64,000 nt of DNA from Octopus vulgaris (GCA_951406725.2 OX597828.1:39866001-39930000), one strand, 5' to 3'. Counted from the stretch's first letter, positions 38,371-52,477 are shown. Notes: generated by a model not told the origin, from the letters alone. Translations and numbers: made by a program.

Positions 38371-39589
38371 CATATATACAACAGGCTTCTTTCAGTTTCT
38401 GTCTACCAAATCCACTCACAAGGCATTGGTCGGCCTGGGGCTATAGCAGAAAACACTTGCTTAAGATGCCACGCAGTGAGACTGAACCCGAAACCATGTG
38501 GTTGGTTAGAAAGCTACTTACCACACAGCCACTCCTGGGGAACAAAAATACATCAATTTGGTAAATGAGTTATCTTAACCATTTAGCATTTAAACCAGCC
38601 ATGTTCAGCCCAAATATTCAGTCTGTTCTACATTCAAAGAAGCCAATTCAGGCCACTCACATCTATCCTAACAAAGCCGTTATATATATAAGCAATCATA
38701 TGATGAAAATCTTGAAGTGACAAAATAATGTGTGATTAATTGATTAATTGAAAGCATTACATTTGACAGAATAATCTGAATGCCAAAGGGTTAAAAGACA
38801 GATTGAAAAATAATCTTAGGCATCCACTTGGCGCTTAGTAGATGAAACAAGACTTCTGAAAGCTTCAACTTGAGTCCAGCTGAAATCTCCTGCTCTGAAC
38901 TTGCACATCTGTTGAGAGTTTTTTTTTAAGCTTTGTTTCCTGTTCCTTCATATCTAAGACATAAACATGTAACTTGAAACTGGAGACAGAAAAAAAAAAA
39001 ATCCTTTCTACTATAGGCACAAGGCCCTGAAATTTAAGGGGATTGGGTTAGTTGAATACACTAATCCCAGTGATCAACTGGTATTTATTTTATCGACTTC
39101 AAAAGGACAGAAGGCAAAGTTGTCCTCAGCAGAATTTGAACTAATCATCATAATAATAATAATAATGATAATAATTTCAAATTCTGGCACAAGGCCAGCA
39201 ATTTCAGATGAGGGAGTAAGTCAATTACATCAACCCAAGTGTTTCACTGATACTTAATTTATCAACCCCAAAAGGATGAAAGGCAAAACCAACCTTGGCG
39301 GATTTTGAACTTAGAATGTAGTGACAGGCGAAATACCGCTAAGCATTTCACCCAGTGTGCTAACAATTCTGCCAGCTCATCACCTTAATAATAATAATAA
39401 TTCCTTTAGGCCTGCTAGCTTGTTCCCATAATAATAATAATAACAACAACAACAGCAACAACAATAATAACAACAACAACATTAACAGCAATGTTTTAAA
39501 ATCAAGGTTCATCTTCTATTTGAGAAGACAATGCAGAGAGAGAGAGAGAGAGAGAGAGAGGTGCAAAAAAAAAGTCAGTGATAACCCAT

Positions 39590-40126
39590 GAAATTAAGTT
39601 TGATTTTATTGGAAATGTACTTCAATGAACAGCAGTGAATAGGATCCTTCCAACATCATAGAATTGTGTTCAGAATCTTCACTAAATACAAACATCTACT
39701 GATCCTCACATTTACACAGGTATGAAATACATTGTTCGATATCTGCAGCAAGGCCACAGACAAGTCAGTTGGTTTTCTGGAGTCTTGATGTGAAAATATA
39801 TGGCAATGTAGGTGAGATCTGCTAAAGAGTTCCATTGGCAGCTTTCTGATGTTCTAGTAGTAGTAGTAGTAGTAGTAATAGTAGTAGTGGTAGTAGTAGT
39901 AGTAATAGTAGTGGTAGTAGTAGTAGTATTAGTATTATTATCATCATTATAATTATCATCTTCATCATCATTGTCGTCATCATTATGCAGATTAGAGTAC
40001 CACACAAAATTATATATATATATATATATATACATATATATATGCGTATGTATGAGTATATACACACATGTGTATATATGAGTATATACACACATATATG
40101 TGTATATACATATATAAATATACGAG

Positions 40127-40165
<39 letters not shown>

Positions 40166-40837
40166 TGTTTAAAAAAAATAATTAATAACTGAGACAAAAA
40201 AAGACACCAATGAGGAATCAATCTTGGGTTGGAACCAAGACAGTTCCTTTGTCAGCTCTAAAGAGTCCAAAATCTAATTTGAAAACAAAATAAAATTTAA
40301 AAAAATAATAATAATAATAATAATAAAATGAAAATAAAAATAAAATGAACATGTTCAATTGAATTATTGAAACCAAGAATTAAAATAACAAAAATAACAA
40401 AAAAATTATTTCTGTTAAGCCCCTTTGCAAATTATGGGATCACAATTAGCAAAAGTTGATGAAAAATGATGCTATCAAAGTATAAAAGTAAAATTAATTA
40501 ATTGAAAAAAAAAATTACCTACAATTTTAGAGCATTAAAAAAAAAGAAAACCAAAAGGCCAAAACTTGATAAAGTTAATCATTAGATGTTTGTGCCTCAT
40601 TAATTAGCTAATTAATAAATCTAAAACCTGACCTACCCTTTAAGCTTGCTTTCCCTTTATGCTTATTATTTCTCTTTCGTAACAAATTACTTACTGATTG
40701 ATATATGTAAATATATTGACAGTCTGTCTGTTGTTTCTCTCTCTCTCTCTCACACACACATACATATATATATACATACATCTGACACTGCTTTGTACAC
40801 ACATACATACATATGTACATATATGTATGTGTGCATG

Positions 40838-40871
<34 letters not shown>

Positions 40872-43214
40872 CATATATACATCTAAATACATATGCATAT
40901 AAAAATACATATATACACACATATGCATAAACACACACACACACATATATATATATACATATATACACACACACATATAGTATGTATGGCTGTGATTATA
41001 TATCTAGTAAGTTTTTTTAAATTCTAGCACCACAACATTCTAAACCAATTAATTACTGATTAATTTTTCTAGTCTTCAAAACTCTTTAATTACAATTAAT
41101 TAAACACACTAATGTAATCATGTCTGTTGTATTCTAGGATCTTTGTTACAGTTAATTTGTAGGCTTTCAATATCGTGTACTGATTTGCTATATACACACA
41201 TATATAAACCTAAGAATCCATTAAAAGAAACCTTCTAGGCAAGAGTTACAGTAATATTAACATAGTGGATAATGTTTACAAGTCATATTCCACTGATTTT
41301 TATATCGTATCATGACAGAACAGCAACTCTTACTGTACAAGAAACTTCCAAAAACTTTTACTCACACAGCCAGTCTTACAACTGTAGATTCCTCTTAGTC
41401 CTAGAATTTTTGTTTGTGTTTTTTTTTTTTTTTACAATGAACTAATCTAAAAAAGGAAAAAAAAAAAAGACGAATCAATAAAGAAATAAAAGTTAATCTG
41501 TAGAACATTCCCTTGAGAAAAATAATGACTCCATATTTAGCATTGTAAATGAAAAAAGTTCTAAGTCCTTTTTGAATGACATTTGATTGAAATAGTTGCA
41601 CTATAGATTAGCTGGATAAAACCCTCCCTCCCCCCCACAAAAGTTGGGCAAGAAAGACAAATTATTAGGACCCCTTTAGTTAGTGTCACTACTTATGACA
41701 TGAGGCACCATCAAGGACAGTGAAATCCAGAGAAGTCAGTACAAGGCACTACTTGAAGAAATCGGTTTCAAAGTGGAATCTTGAGGGAGAAAGAAGGGAA
41801 AGGAAGGGGGGAGGGGGGGCAAGTAAACAGTTACAAAAAATGTCTTTCCTAAGTCGGACTGTCTCATTTCAAGTAGCATTTCAGGGTTGTACTAAAGAAT
41901 GAGCTATAAAAATATTCCCATATTTGTTTTAATTTTTGGAAAAAAAAAAAGAGTAAAAAAAAAAAAAAGAAAAAAGAAAATTAGAAAAAAAAAAAGAAAA
42001 GAAAAATGAAAAGTAAAAGAAAAAAATAAGAATCCATGATACAATCCCTGATCGTCATACAAAAGAATGTTTCCAACTAAAAATGGAAGCAAAACAGAGA
42101 GAATAGAACAAACGAGAACTTAATTCTCCCCAGCAATTACAGATACATCATCAAGAGCCCAAAAATATAGCTGTCTTTCTCTCTCTCTCTCTTTGTATCT
42201 CTTTCACTCTCACTATCTTGCAATCTTTTTCTATCTCACTACAGCTACATTCACATCAGTAACACTCAATGACTTAGCACTCACCAGATACATCGGTAAC
42301 AGCCAAAGATTTAGTTCTTCCAAACTACGTACACATCATCAGCATTGGCCAAAGTTTTAGCTTTCTCCAGCCATCAATATGACACATCAGCAACATTCAA
42401 AAGTTTTTTCCCCCACTGCTCAGTAACAACTGAGAATTTAGCTCATTTCTCTTCTGCTTTTCTCTTTCTTTCTCTCTCTTACCAGCCACTGATACATCAA
42501 CAGCAACCACTCAGAAACGGCTCATGTGGCTACAGACACATCCATCAGTGGCAGCCAGTGATTTAATATGGTCTGGTTACCCCAGATACATCAGAAATAA
42601 CCGAAGAGTTAACTCTCTACAGCTATAGACACAGTTGTAACAGCCAGACTTAGCATTCTCCAGCTAAGACAATTTCTTTTTCCTTTTTGTCAAAAAAATT
42701 ATTTAAAAAAATTTAACTCAGAATTTCCCATGTGGAATATACATGGAATTTAAGCATAAAACAAAAAAAGACAAAATTAATGGTAAAATTTAAAATAAAT
42801 AAACAAAATGTAATGTTTGATAAAAACAATATCTTTCTTTCTTAAACATCCCTCTAAACCAACTTCTACCATTCTATTAGAATGGTAGCTTCTCAGCAAA
42901 ACCTGATCTGTTTTTAAGATAATTACAATAGAGGAAGACCAATATTTTAAGTCAATACAAGGGTTTTTTAAAAAATTTATTTGTATTTTGATTAATTGCT
43001 CCAACTTCCTTTGTGTAAGAGAGATTTTATACTGGAGGTTACTTAATACAACATCCTTCTGTAGAATAGTTATTCACATAGTTTTAAACTCTCTCCTTGC
43101 TATCTCTCCCCTTCTTTAACTATTTAGGAAACATCTACCATATTCTTAGTTGCTTCAAGGATACTCTGTGTATATATTAAAGGACAGCAATTTATACCCA
43201 ATATATATACATAT

Positions 43215-43273
<59 letters not shown>

Positions 43274-43464
43274 GTGTGTGTGTGTGTGGTTGGTCTATAT
43301 TACTCCATAAGGAGCAGAGGACTGGTTACTAGTTGAGTGGACTGGAGCAACATGAAATGAAGTGTTTTGCTCAACAACACAACATGTCGCCTGATCCAGG
43401 AATTGAAACAACAATCTGACAACCACGAGTCCAACACCTTAACCACTGAGACACATGCCTCCAC

Positions 43465-43496
<32 letters not shown>

Positions 43497-44135
43497 AAGG
43501 TATAAAGTTAGCTGATCTGAAAAAATTAAAAGAAAAAAATCCATTTATTGAATCAATTTATGAGAAATTATTGTTTTAATAATTTCAGTAATCTAAAATA
43601 TTAGACTCGGTTTCTAATACTTAAACATATTGATACCATAAATATGTTCACAACTATTTAATTAATTCTTATTTACAATAAATAATTAATCTAAAAATGG
43701 CCATTAGTAAACATAAGTTTTATCTATAAACAGGAAAAACTCTAATTAAAAATCTTCTTTTCTAATTATGATGTAAAGCTAAGAAAATGGTGTTAAACTG
43801 AAATAAAATTTATCTAGGAGATTTTAAAGAAGGCCTAGAAAGCTGTTTCCATAATGAAATAGAACTATTTAAAGTTTGTATTCATAATGATGCCAACTGT
43901 TTAGACAAAATATCTACTATTAATACACAGAGTCAGAGAGCAACTTTTTACTAATTAAAGCTAACGAGAAGGAATACTGTTGGAAACTTAGAGATGAAAA
44001 ACAAACAACCCCAAAGCCAAAAACAATAGAGAGGGTCCCATTTAATATTTATTTATTAATTATAAATGAATATCTAATATATATATATGCATACAATCAA
44101 TACACACACACACATAAATGTATATACAAACATGT

Positions 44136-44192
<57 letters not shown>

Positions 44193-44316
44193 TATACATG
44201 TATGCACACACATGTATATATATATATATATCCATGCATACAGAAACATATTTAATATGCATATATATATATTACATATAGAAAACTAAATATTATGCAG
44301 GTGTGCATGTATATAC

Positions 44317-44357
<41 letters not shown>

Positions 44358-44393
44358 TATATACAAATATATATATATGAAAATATATATATG

Positions 44394-44428
<35 letters not shown>

Positions 44429-45581
44429 CTAAACATTTATAATGTTATACTTAAAATAACAAATGAGAGGGGGAGAGAAATAAACTATTATATCCCTTTA
44501 ATATAGAAATAAGGCAAAATACATGCCATAGAATTTACTATTCAGGTAATTAAGCCAGAAAATGATGACATTTCCTGTTGAGAAGTCCAAACATACAGAC
44601 TGGATGTTCCAGGCAAACATCTGCTGCTAATATTTTCAGTCAGACTACAAGAATTTGTCGAGTGACTGTTAATATAGCATCTTCAACTCTCACAGAGCAT
44701 TGTAATGACAGCACTGCAGAAAAGATATTGGTTAGGGTGTGAAATTAAAGATTAAAGAAAACAAAATAATTTTGGTTAAAAAGAAAGAATTAAGGTGAAT
44801 AAAAGGAGATTAAGTGTATATGGGTTTCAATATTCTTGTTTGTTTGTTTTTTTTCCAAAGAAAAAAAAAAAAGAAATAATAATTAAAATAAAAATGTGTA
44901 ACCTAAGTCTTTTCCGTTTATTGCATAAAAAGTCTCGTAGTAACAGTGGGTTGGCCATGAGCATCTGTATGTGTAAGTATGAGAAAGAGAAGATAGCAGG
45001 GGCCTCGGATAACCATTATGTGAAGTATTCTCGACCATTCAGTGTGCATGCATGTATGGGTGCTGCAGAGTTTGGTGTCGGTCCTGCGATTTCCAGTTCT
45101 AAAGAACCCTCAAATTAGACTTTTGCAGGATGTTTTAAGAGAAAAAAAAAAGGAAAAAAAAAAAAAAAACGTTAACATTAGTAGCGAAATCCAACACGCA
45201 AACATATCTGCACACACATAAAAACATGTACAGTTTGGAGGAAGAAATTGCATTTGTGTTAACACACAAGCTCTAAACCTAAGAGTAATAATCTCTCAGC
45301 TTGGAACTTTTACAATTGCTTATTGCACAGCCATTATATATTTTGAAAGAGTCAGACACCGAACACGGCCATCAAATACACTCTTTGTTCTGTTTGTTTT
45401 TTTTTTTTTTGTTCATATTTTTGTTTTTTTTCTTTTTTACATTCATATATTTTTAATATATATTTTCTTCTTATCCTTTTTTTCCGTCACATCTCTTTGC
45501 ACAGCAAATATTGTGTTATCGTTGTCAATGGAATTCGCAGTTGTCCTCACTGTGCCATGGCTTCGCTATTGTCACTTCACA
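39590..45581 (-). other. Probable ~6 kb 3' UTR of the SH2 adaptor gene
   Basis: Strong A-skew on + (U-rich mRNA), only one SINE remnant, minus-strand AATAAA at 39605-39610 where SINE-rich DNA resumes. Confidence 0.5.
39856..40162. repeat. (TAG)n, (CAT)n and (TA)n compound microsatellite; many other TA/CA/CT tracts occur throughout (e.g. 40740-40980, 44075-44430)
   Basis: Direct reading. Confidence 0.95.
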
Positions 45582-45765
45582 TCATGCCATATTTACAGAA
45601 ACTGGATACCGTAAATGGAGATGATCTGCATCTTTGATCCGTAATATATTTGAGCCGTAGTAATGGATCATATCAGGCACAGTCCGGAATGGCTCACTGA
45701 ACTCTCCCAAAATATAAAGCTCATTCCTGTTAGCTATCCTGATATGCATAATGCTTCGGCAGCCT
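45582..45765 (-). CDS. SHB/SHD/SHE/SHF-family SH2 adaptor, last coding exon (C-terminal half of SH2)
   Basis: Minus-strand acceptor TTTTCAG| at 45766; GCRSIMHIRIANRNELYILGEFSEPFRTVPDMIHYYGSNILRIKDADHLHLRYPVSVNMA* matches the SHB-family ending MH..YVLG..S.PF..VPE.IHYY...L.IK.AEHL.L.YPV. Confidence 0.95.
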
Positions 45766-46068
45766 CTGAAAATAGACAGAAAATACACAGTAAGCAATCA
45801 TATAGGAAGATTATGTTTTCCCAAAATTATTTGGAGCATTATGTTAAATTTACACGCAACACTGTCTACTGTGAATCTTTTAAAAGTAGAATTTACAATA
45901 ACAGCAAAATCAGAAGAAAAAAAAACCTAAAAGTTTTAAAAAAGAAGACATTTATTTGTTTTCAAAGTATGTTTGCTTGATCTTTTGTCTAACATTGATC
46001 CAAGTTTTGGGAAATTTGAAATCAAGAACATCACCCTTGCTTTCTTTGAATAAAAAATTATTACACAA

Positions 46069-46399
46069 GGCGTAGGAGTGGCTGTGTGGTAAGTAGCTTG
46101 CTTACCAACCACATGGTTTTGGGTTCAGTCCCACTGCATGGCACCTTGGGCAAGCGTCGTCTACTATAGCCTCGGGCTGACCAAAGCCTTGTGAGTGGAT
46201 TTGGTAGATGGAAACTGAAAGAAGCCCGTCGTATATATGTATGTATGTGTGTGTGTGGTAAGTAGCTTGTTTACCAACCACATGGTTCCGGGTTCAGTCC
46301 CACTGTGTGGCACCTTCGGCAAGTGTCTTCTATTATAGCCTCGGGCCAACCAAAGCCTTGTGAGTGGATTTGGTAGACGGAAACTGAAAGAAGCCTGTC

Positions 46400-46442
<43 letters not shown>

Positions 46443-46895
46443 TGTGTGTGTTTGTCCCCCTAGCATTGCTTGACAACCGATGCTGGTGTGTTCATGTCCC
46501 CGTTACTTAGCGGTTCGGCAGAAGAGACCGATAGAATAAGTGCTGGGCTTACAAAAGAATAAGTCCCGGGGTCGAGTTGCTCGATTAAAGGCGGTGCTCC
46601 AGCATGGCCGCAGTCAAATGACTGAAACAAGTAAAAGAGTAAGAGTATATGTATGTATGTATGTATGTATGTGTGTGTGTATATGTTTGTGTCTGTGTTT
46701 GTCTCCCCAACATCGCTTGACAACTGATGCTGGTGTGTTTATGTCCACGTAACTTAGCGGTTCGGCAAAAGAGACCAATAGAATAAGTACTAGGCTTACA
46801 AAGAATAGGTTCTGGGGTCGATTTGCTCGACTAAAAAGGCGGTGCTCCAGCATGGCCACAGACAAATGACTGAAACAAGTAAAAGGGTAAGAGTA
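46069..46895 (+). mobile_element. SINE family A with duplicated head and duplicated 3' half
   Basis: Head 46069-46250, second copy 46252-46645, extra 3' half 46650-46895. Confidence 0.88.
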
Positions 46896-47788
46896 TAAAG
46901 ATGCTTGCTAGTGTCACATCCTGGTGCTGGTGCCAATTAAAAAGCAGCCATGCCAGTGCTATGTATAAGGCATCAGTGCCAATGCCATGTGAAGAGCATT
47001 TGGTGCTGGTGCTATGTCAAAATCACTCAGTATACTCTGTAAAGTGGTTGGCATTAGGAAAGGCATTTAGCTGAAGAAACCATGTCAAAAGAGATAAAAG
47101 GAGCTTGGGCAGCTCTTCAGCTGGTCAGCTCCTGTTGAACTGTCCAGTCAATGCCAGCATGGCAGACAGACGTTAAATGATGGTGGTGATGATGTAAGAC
47201 ACACAGTAGTTAGTGATTCTGTTGTGTACCAGTTTGTCATAGACAGTATCTGTTCATAACATATACCATTCCAACTTCCCAGTTGGTTGGTTGATTAGTG
47301 TACTAATTAGAGCAGTTGGTACCAAGAACATGTTATTAGAAACAACAACTAAATCTCCCATGAATCACACCTTATCATCATGAAAAAAAAAAGAGGACAC
47401 ATTGAATAATGTGGTCCTACATACACTATGCTCAGTCAGGGCTCTTCGGGAGTTAAACACTAACTACCAGTTAACTCATCTATGAAAGAGATATGATAAG
47501 AATGGTTTCAAATTTTGGCACAAGGCCAGCAATTTTAGGGGGAGGGGTTAGTCAATTACACTGACCCCAGTACTTGACTGATACTTATTTTATGAACTCT
47601 GAAAGGATGAAAGGCACAGTTAACCTAGTTGGCATTTGAACTCAAGATTGTAAAGAGCCAGGAGAAATGCCATTTAGCATTTCGTTTGGTGTACTAACAA
47701 TTCTGCCAACAGGGCCACCTTAACAGATATGGTTTGAAATCAGTGCCTTGGAATAGAAATTAATTGCTATACATGGAATCAAACTTAC

Positions 47789-47908
47789 TTGATAGATAAA
47801 CTAAATTCTCCTTTGCTACTTGTGCTTCTCCGTACTAAGTAGCTGCCTTCACGGCACACACGAAGAAGTTGTTCTGCCTGCAGTCGAGAGATATTTCCAT
47901 GGTACCAT
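47789..47908 (-). CDS. SHB-family SH2 adaptor, penultimate coding exon (not in supplied ORF track)
   Basis: Acceptor TTTTGACAG| and donor AA|GTAAGT on -; 120 nt, WYHGNISRLQAEQLLRVCREGSYLVRRSTSSKGEFSLSIK with WYHG and YLVR (phosphotyrosine-binding Arg) SH2 motifs. Confidence 0.96.
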
Positions 47909-48523
47909 CTGTCAAAAGAAAAAGGAACCAAATCAGTGGATGATAATGATAATAAAATTATTGTATATAGTGCTCAGGTACACTACAACTCATCAAAGGT
48001 GCACGTACAATACATAGAATTATGTACAAAAGTCAGGAAAGTGAACAGTGTAAGAGTCATGAGTATGGAAGTGTGGTGACTCTAAAATAAAGTAAAACTA
48101 ATAAAATGTTTTCATTTATGAAATAGAAGTTTATGGGATTTTGAAGATTCTTTCTGTGATGTCTTATTTAAATGAATACACATAAAAGAGAAATAAGGAA
48201 CTGGTTTTAAATCATGTTTTGGAATGAAGATCATTTCTAAACTTAAGAAAGTGATCAGAAGTAGAAGATAAAACAAGTAAAAATGATCAAATAACAAAAT
48301 CATTAAGAAAATTCACTGAGAAACATTGACAAGAAAGTCAAATGCGAATAGAAAACGTATTATTCCATACCATTTAGGGAATAACAATTGTAATTTGTCT
48401 CGGTTAATTATTAAAAAAGTCTCTTTAAATGTGTTCAACGAATCTGTACATGCCTGTGTGCGTGTGGTGATGTGGATAAATAACTTAGTGTTAAAAGTCT
48501 ATGATGGGAATAAATTTATACCT

Positions 48524-48760
48524 ATTTCTTTACTACCCACAAAGGGCTAAACACAGAGGGGACAAACAAGGACAGACAAACGGATTAAGTCGATTATATC
48601 GACCCCAGTGCGTAACTGGTACTTAATTTATCGACCCCAAAAGGATGAAAGGCAAAGTCGACCTCGGCGGAATTTGAATGCAGAACGTAACGGCAGACGA
48701 AATACAGCTACGCATTTCGCCCGGCGTGCTAACGTTTCTGCCAAGCTCGCCGCCTTAGTA
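48524..48760 (-). mobile_element. SINE family B, young copy with perfect TSD
   Basis: 15-bp TSD AATAAATTTATACCT at 48509-48523 and 48761-48775; other copies ~7716-7915, 10222-10670, 11590-11765, 16060-16322, 19728-19957, 20620-20815, 39000-39388, 47505-47720, 62232-62447. Confidence 0.9.
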
Positions 48761-50358
48761 AATAAATTTATACCTTCCTCACTTCCACCTATGGAAACAC
48801 ATTTTTCACAGCTCATAAACAACTGTAGATTTCTCTCCCTTGAATTTCAGTGGATTATTTGACAACCAGAACTATTTTCCCCTGCTTGGAGTGGAGGTGG
48901 GGGTCCTTTATTAAAATCAAGCTCTTACATTGCCACAGAATCCATTAGTGATGGAGGATGGAGTTGAAACCAAAATATGACTGACATTTATTTCATCCAC
49001 CTCAACACCAGAACATAAAGGGAAGTAACTAAACTAATCCAATGGGTCTCTGCTGTTAAATGCATCATATATGATCAATTACATCATTTCAGAGAGATTA
49101 AAATACATGGCTGACATTTGAGGCGAGAACTTAATAGACTCCTACTGAAAAATCATTTATCTTTTATCTGTTTCAGTCATTTTCCTTGAAGAATTTTAGT
49201 TAAATGAACCAACTCCCGCGCTTAATATTTTTGTAATGCCCAGCACTTATCCCTTGAAGACATTTTAGCCGAATGAATCAACCCCGGTACTTTTTTTAAA
49301 GCTTGGCGCTTATTCTAGCAATCTCTTTCACTGGCCTGCTAAGTTACAGGGACATAAACACATCAACAGCGGTAGTCAAGTAGCTGTGGGGGACAAACAT
49401 AGACACAAACACGCACACACATACGATGGGCTTCTTTCGGTTTCTGTCTTCCATATACAGTCACAAGGCTTTGATTGGCCTGAGCCCTGAGTAGAAGACA
49501 CTTGCTGAAGGTTCTGTGCAGTGGGATTGAACCTGGGACCAAACACTCACGCCTGATTACAATGCACATGTAGAGTTTTAAAAATGATTGAGAGTGTTAG
49601 GCCAATTATCCTAATGGTTTTGCACTCATTTTCCCACTGATGAGGGATGGTCTTTTTTCTTTTTTCTTGCTGTTGTTGGATCTATTGTTTTAATGGCTAT
49701 TAACACTTTAGCATTCAAATTACTCTATTAAATGTAATTTTTATTTATTCGGCACGTAAAAAGCACCATCCGTTCGTGTCCGTTGCCAGCCTCGCCTGGC
49801 CCCCGTGCCGGTGGCACATAAAAAGCACCATCCATTCGTGGCCGTTTGCCAGCTCTGTCTGGCACCTGTGCGGGTGGCACGTAAAAAGCACCCACTACAC
49901 TCACGGAGTGGTTGGCGTTAGGAAGGGCATCCAGCCGTAGAAACACTGCCAGATCTGACTGGGCCTGATGAAGCCTTCTGGCTTCACAGACCCCAGTTGA
50001 ACCGTCCAACCCATGCTAGCATGGAAAACGGACGCTAAACGATGATGATGATGATGATGATGATGATTGTTGTGAATTAATCATGCATTATCTCTTAGCT
50101 TTGAGATTTCAATGATGTGATTGTTTATTTTTAAGCTAGCATTGTAAGATAAGGTGTGAGAGGTCATATCTGGTTTGTTTGAATATAAAACAGGGAAATT
50201 ATTTGGCCCACATATGGCCAATTTGAATGGTAAAGGGTTGAAATATTTCTTAATTAAGTGGTTTGTTGTAGGGATGGCAATCATTGTCAGTCAGGCATAT
50301 TAAGTCAAACAAACCAATGTATTTTGTTCTTTTGTATCTTTTATTTGTTTCAGTCATT

Positions 50359-50669
50359 GTGGAGGCGCAATGGCCTAGTGGTTACGGCAGCGGACTTGCG
50401 GTCGGAGGATCACGGTTTCGATTCCCAGACCAGGCATTGTGTTTATTGAGCGAAAACACCTAAAGCTCCACGAGGCTCCGGCAGGGGGTGGTGGCGACCC
50501 CTGTTGTACTCTTTCGCCCCAACTTTCTCTCACTCTCTCTTCCTATTTCTTGAGTAACGCTGCAATGGACTGGCGTCCCGTCCAGCTAGGGGGAACACAT
50601 ATGTCACAGAAACCAGGAAACCGGGCCCATGAGCCTGGCTAGGCTTGAAAAGGGCACATAAATAATAAA
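50359..50669 (+). mobile_element. tRNA-derived SINE family C (V-domain-like), nested in a family A SINE
   Basis: A-box TGGCCTAGTGG, B-box GGTTTCGATTCC, GCAATGGACTGGCGTCCCGTCCAG; 16-bp TSD ATTTGTTTCAGTCATT at 50343-50358 and 50670-50685; related copies ~24540-24790, 34485-34750, 43305-43463, 51650-51950, 61718-62040. Confidence 0.88.
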
Positions 50670-50936
50670 ATTTGTTTCAGTCATTAGACTGCAGCCATGC
50701 TGGGGCACCACCTTCAAGGTTTTTAGTTGAACAAATTGACCTCAAGACTTATTTTAAAGCATAGCACTTATTCTATCAATCTCTTTTGCTGAACCACTAA
50801 GTTACAGGGACATAAACACACTAACACTGGTTGTCAAGATATATACATTACATATATATATAGTTGAAATTTACAGAAAAACAAAAGATGAAGACAGGCA
50901 GGTGTATTAGTTTGATGCTCAGGAAGGTGAGAAAGT

Positions 50937-50972
50937 CTTTTACGTTTCGAGCCTATGCTCTTCAACAGAAAG
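50937..50972 (-). ncRNA. Degenerate minimal hammerhead-like motif in a Penelope-like remnant
   Basis: CUUU-CUGUUGA-A-GAGC-AUAG-GCUC-GAAACGU-A-AAAG; stems I and II pair, core has U in place of A6. Confidence 0.45.
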
Positions 50973-52308
50973 GAACAAGAGGAAATAAACACAGAGAGAA
51001 TAAAAAAATTTTTGGAGCTTATGCACACACAACAGGCTTCTTCCAGTTTCTGTCTACAAAATTCACTTGCAAGGCTATGGTCAGCCTGAGGCTATAGCAG
51101 AAGACATTTGCCCAAGGTGCCAATTTTCTTTTAAATACTTTATTTAGTCATTTTTCTCTGATATTAAGGAGTGAACCTGGTGGGACACCACTTTCAAGGG
51201 TTTTAATTACAGCTTCATATTTTATAGAATTCTATGTTTTAAATGGCAAAGTTTTATCTCTTTAGTATAAAAGGGCGTACTGAAATGCACAATCGTAATA
51301 TGAGTGCACCCCACTTCACATATATATTCCAGGTACTCTTAAAAGTGAAAGAGCGCCACTCTCATCTAAGCACTGAATGCACTGCATGTGTGCATATGCA
51401 TGCACACATGTACACACACACACACTCATTCACACATACATGCAATGAGCTTCTGCATGGTTATTAGTATGGTTTCCCTCTAGCAAGTTTTACTCACACA
51501 AATTTTGTTTAATAGATTTCTTCAAATCAACCAGTTTTAAAACATTAGACAGACATGGCCATGCAATTAAGAGGTTTACTTTCCAGCTACATGATTCTGG
51601 GTTCAAATTCAGCAAGTGGTGCTTTGGGTAAGTATCTACTGCAAATGCATGAAGCACATGGCTTAGTGGTTAGAGTATTCAGCTTGCAATTGTATGGCTG
51701 TGAGTTCAATTCCTGGTGATGCATTGTGTCCTTGAGCAAGACACTTTATTTCACATTGCTCTAGTACACTCAGCTGGCAAAAAGGAGTTGCACCTGCATT
51801 TCAAGAGCCTTGTTATGATCTGTGTCATGCTGATTGTCATTGAGAACTATGTTAAGAGTACACATATCTGTGGAGTACTCAGCCACTTGCACAATAATTT
51901 CTGTTGATCGGATCAATTGGAAACATTGCTGTTGTCACTGACAGAGTGCCAGAACAGCAAATGTCTTGAGAGACAAATGCTTTGCAAGTGGAGTTTGGTG
52001 GACTGTGACAGTGTGCAAGCCTGTCGAGTTCACACACACACACATCTCAGAAATAAATATTGATGAAAGGAATAAGCACTGGTGAAAGATAGCAAAATGA
52101 GCAAGAAACTGAAAGACTAGTGAGACTCTTCTGTGAATTTTGCTATCAAAAATGTGATGAATCAGTTACAGGTTTATTGGAAAGCTGTGACCAACAATTC
52201 TAGTGTAAACAAATTGTGATATAAAATGAAATAAAGTAAGAAACAGATCTATTTCTCAAGTCAAACAATGAAACTAGGGAAGAAATAATAAAAAAAAAAA
52301 GAAAATAC

Positions 52309-52477
52309 TTTTGCTTCGTCAATGGAGCCGTGGGGTCAAAGGTCTCCGATTTGTCACTGATCTGTCTAGGTAATTGGGGACGCGGTTGCTTTACCCAGTG
52401 TCCTCTGTGTTTATGGGATGGACTTGGGGGGGCTTCAGATGGCGGGGATGACATTGGCCGGTATTCAGGAGCACGTC
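52309..52477 (-). CDS. SHB-family SH2 adaptor, Pro-rich exon preceding the SH2 domain
   Basis: Acceptor TTTTTTAG| and donor AA|GTATTT on -; RAPEYRPMSSPPSEAPPSP...ETFDPTAPLTKQK joins in frame to WYHG, like SHB-family DPxxPLExQxWYHG. Confidence 0.92.
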
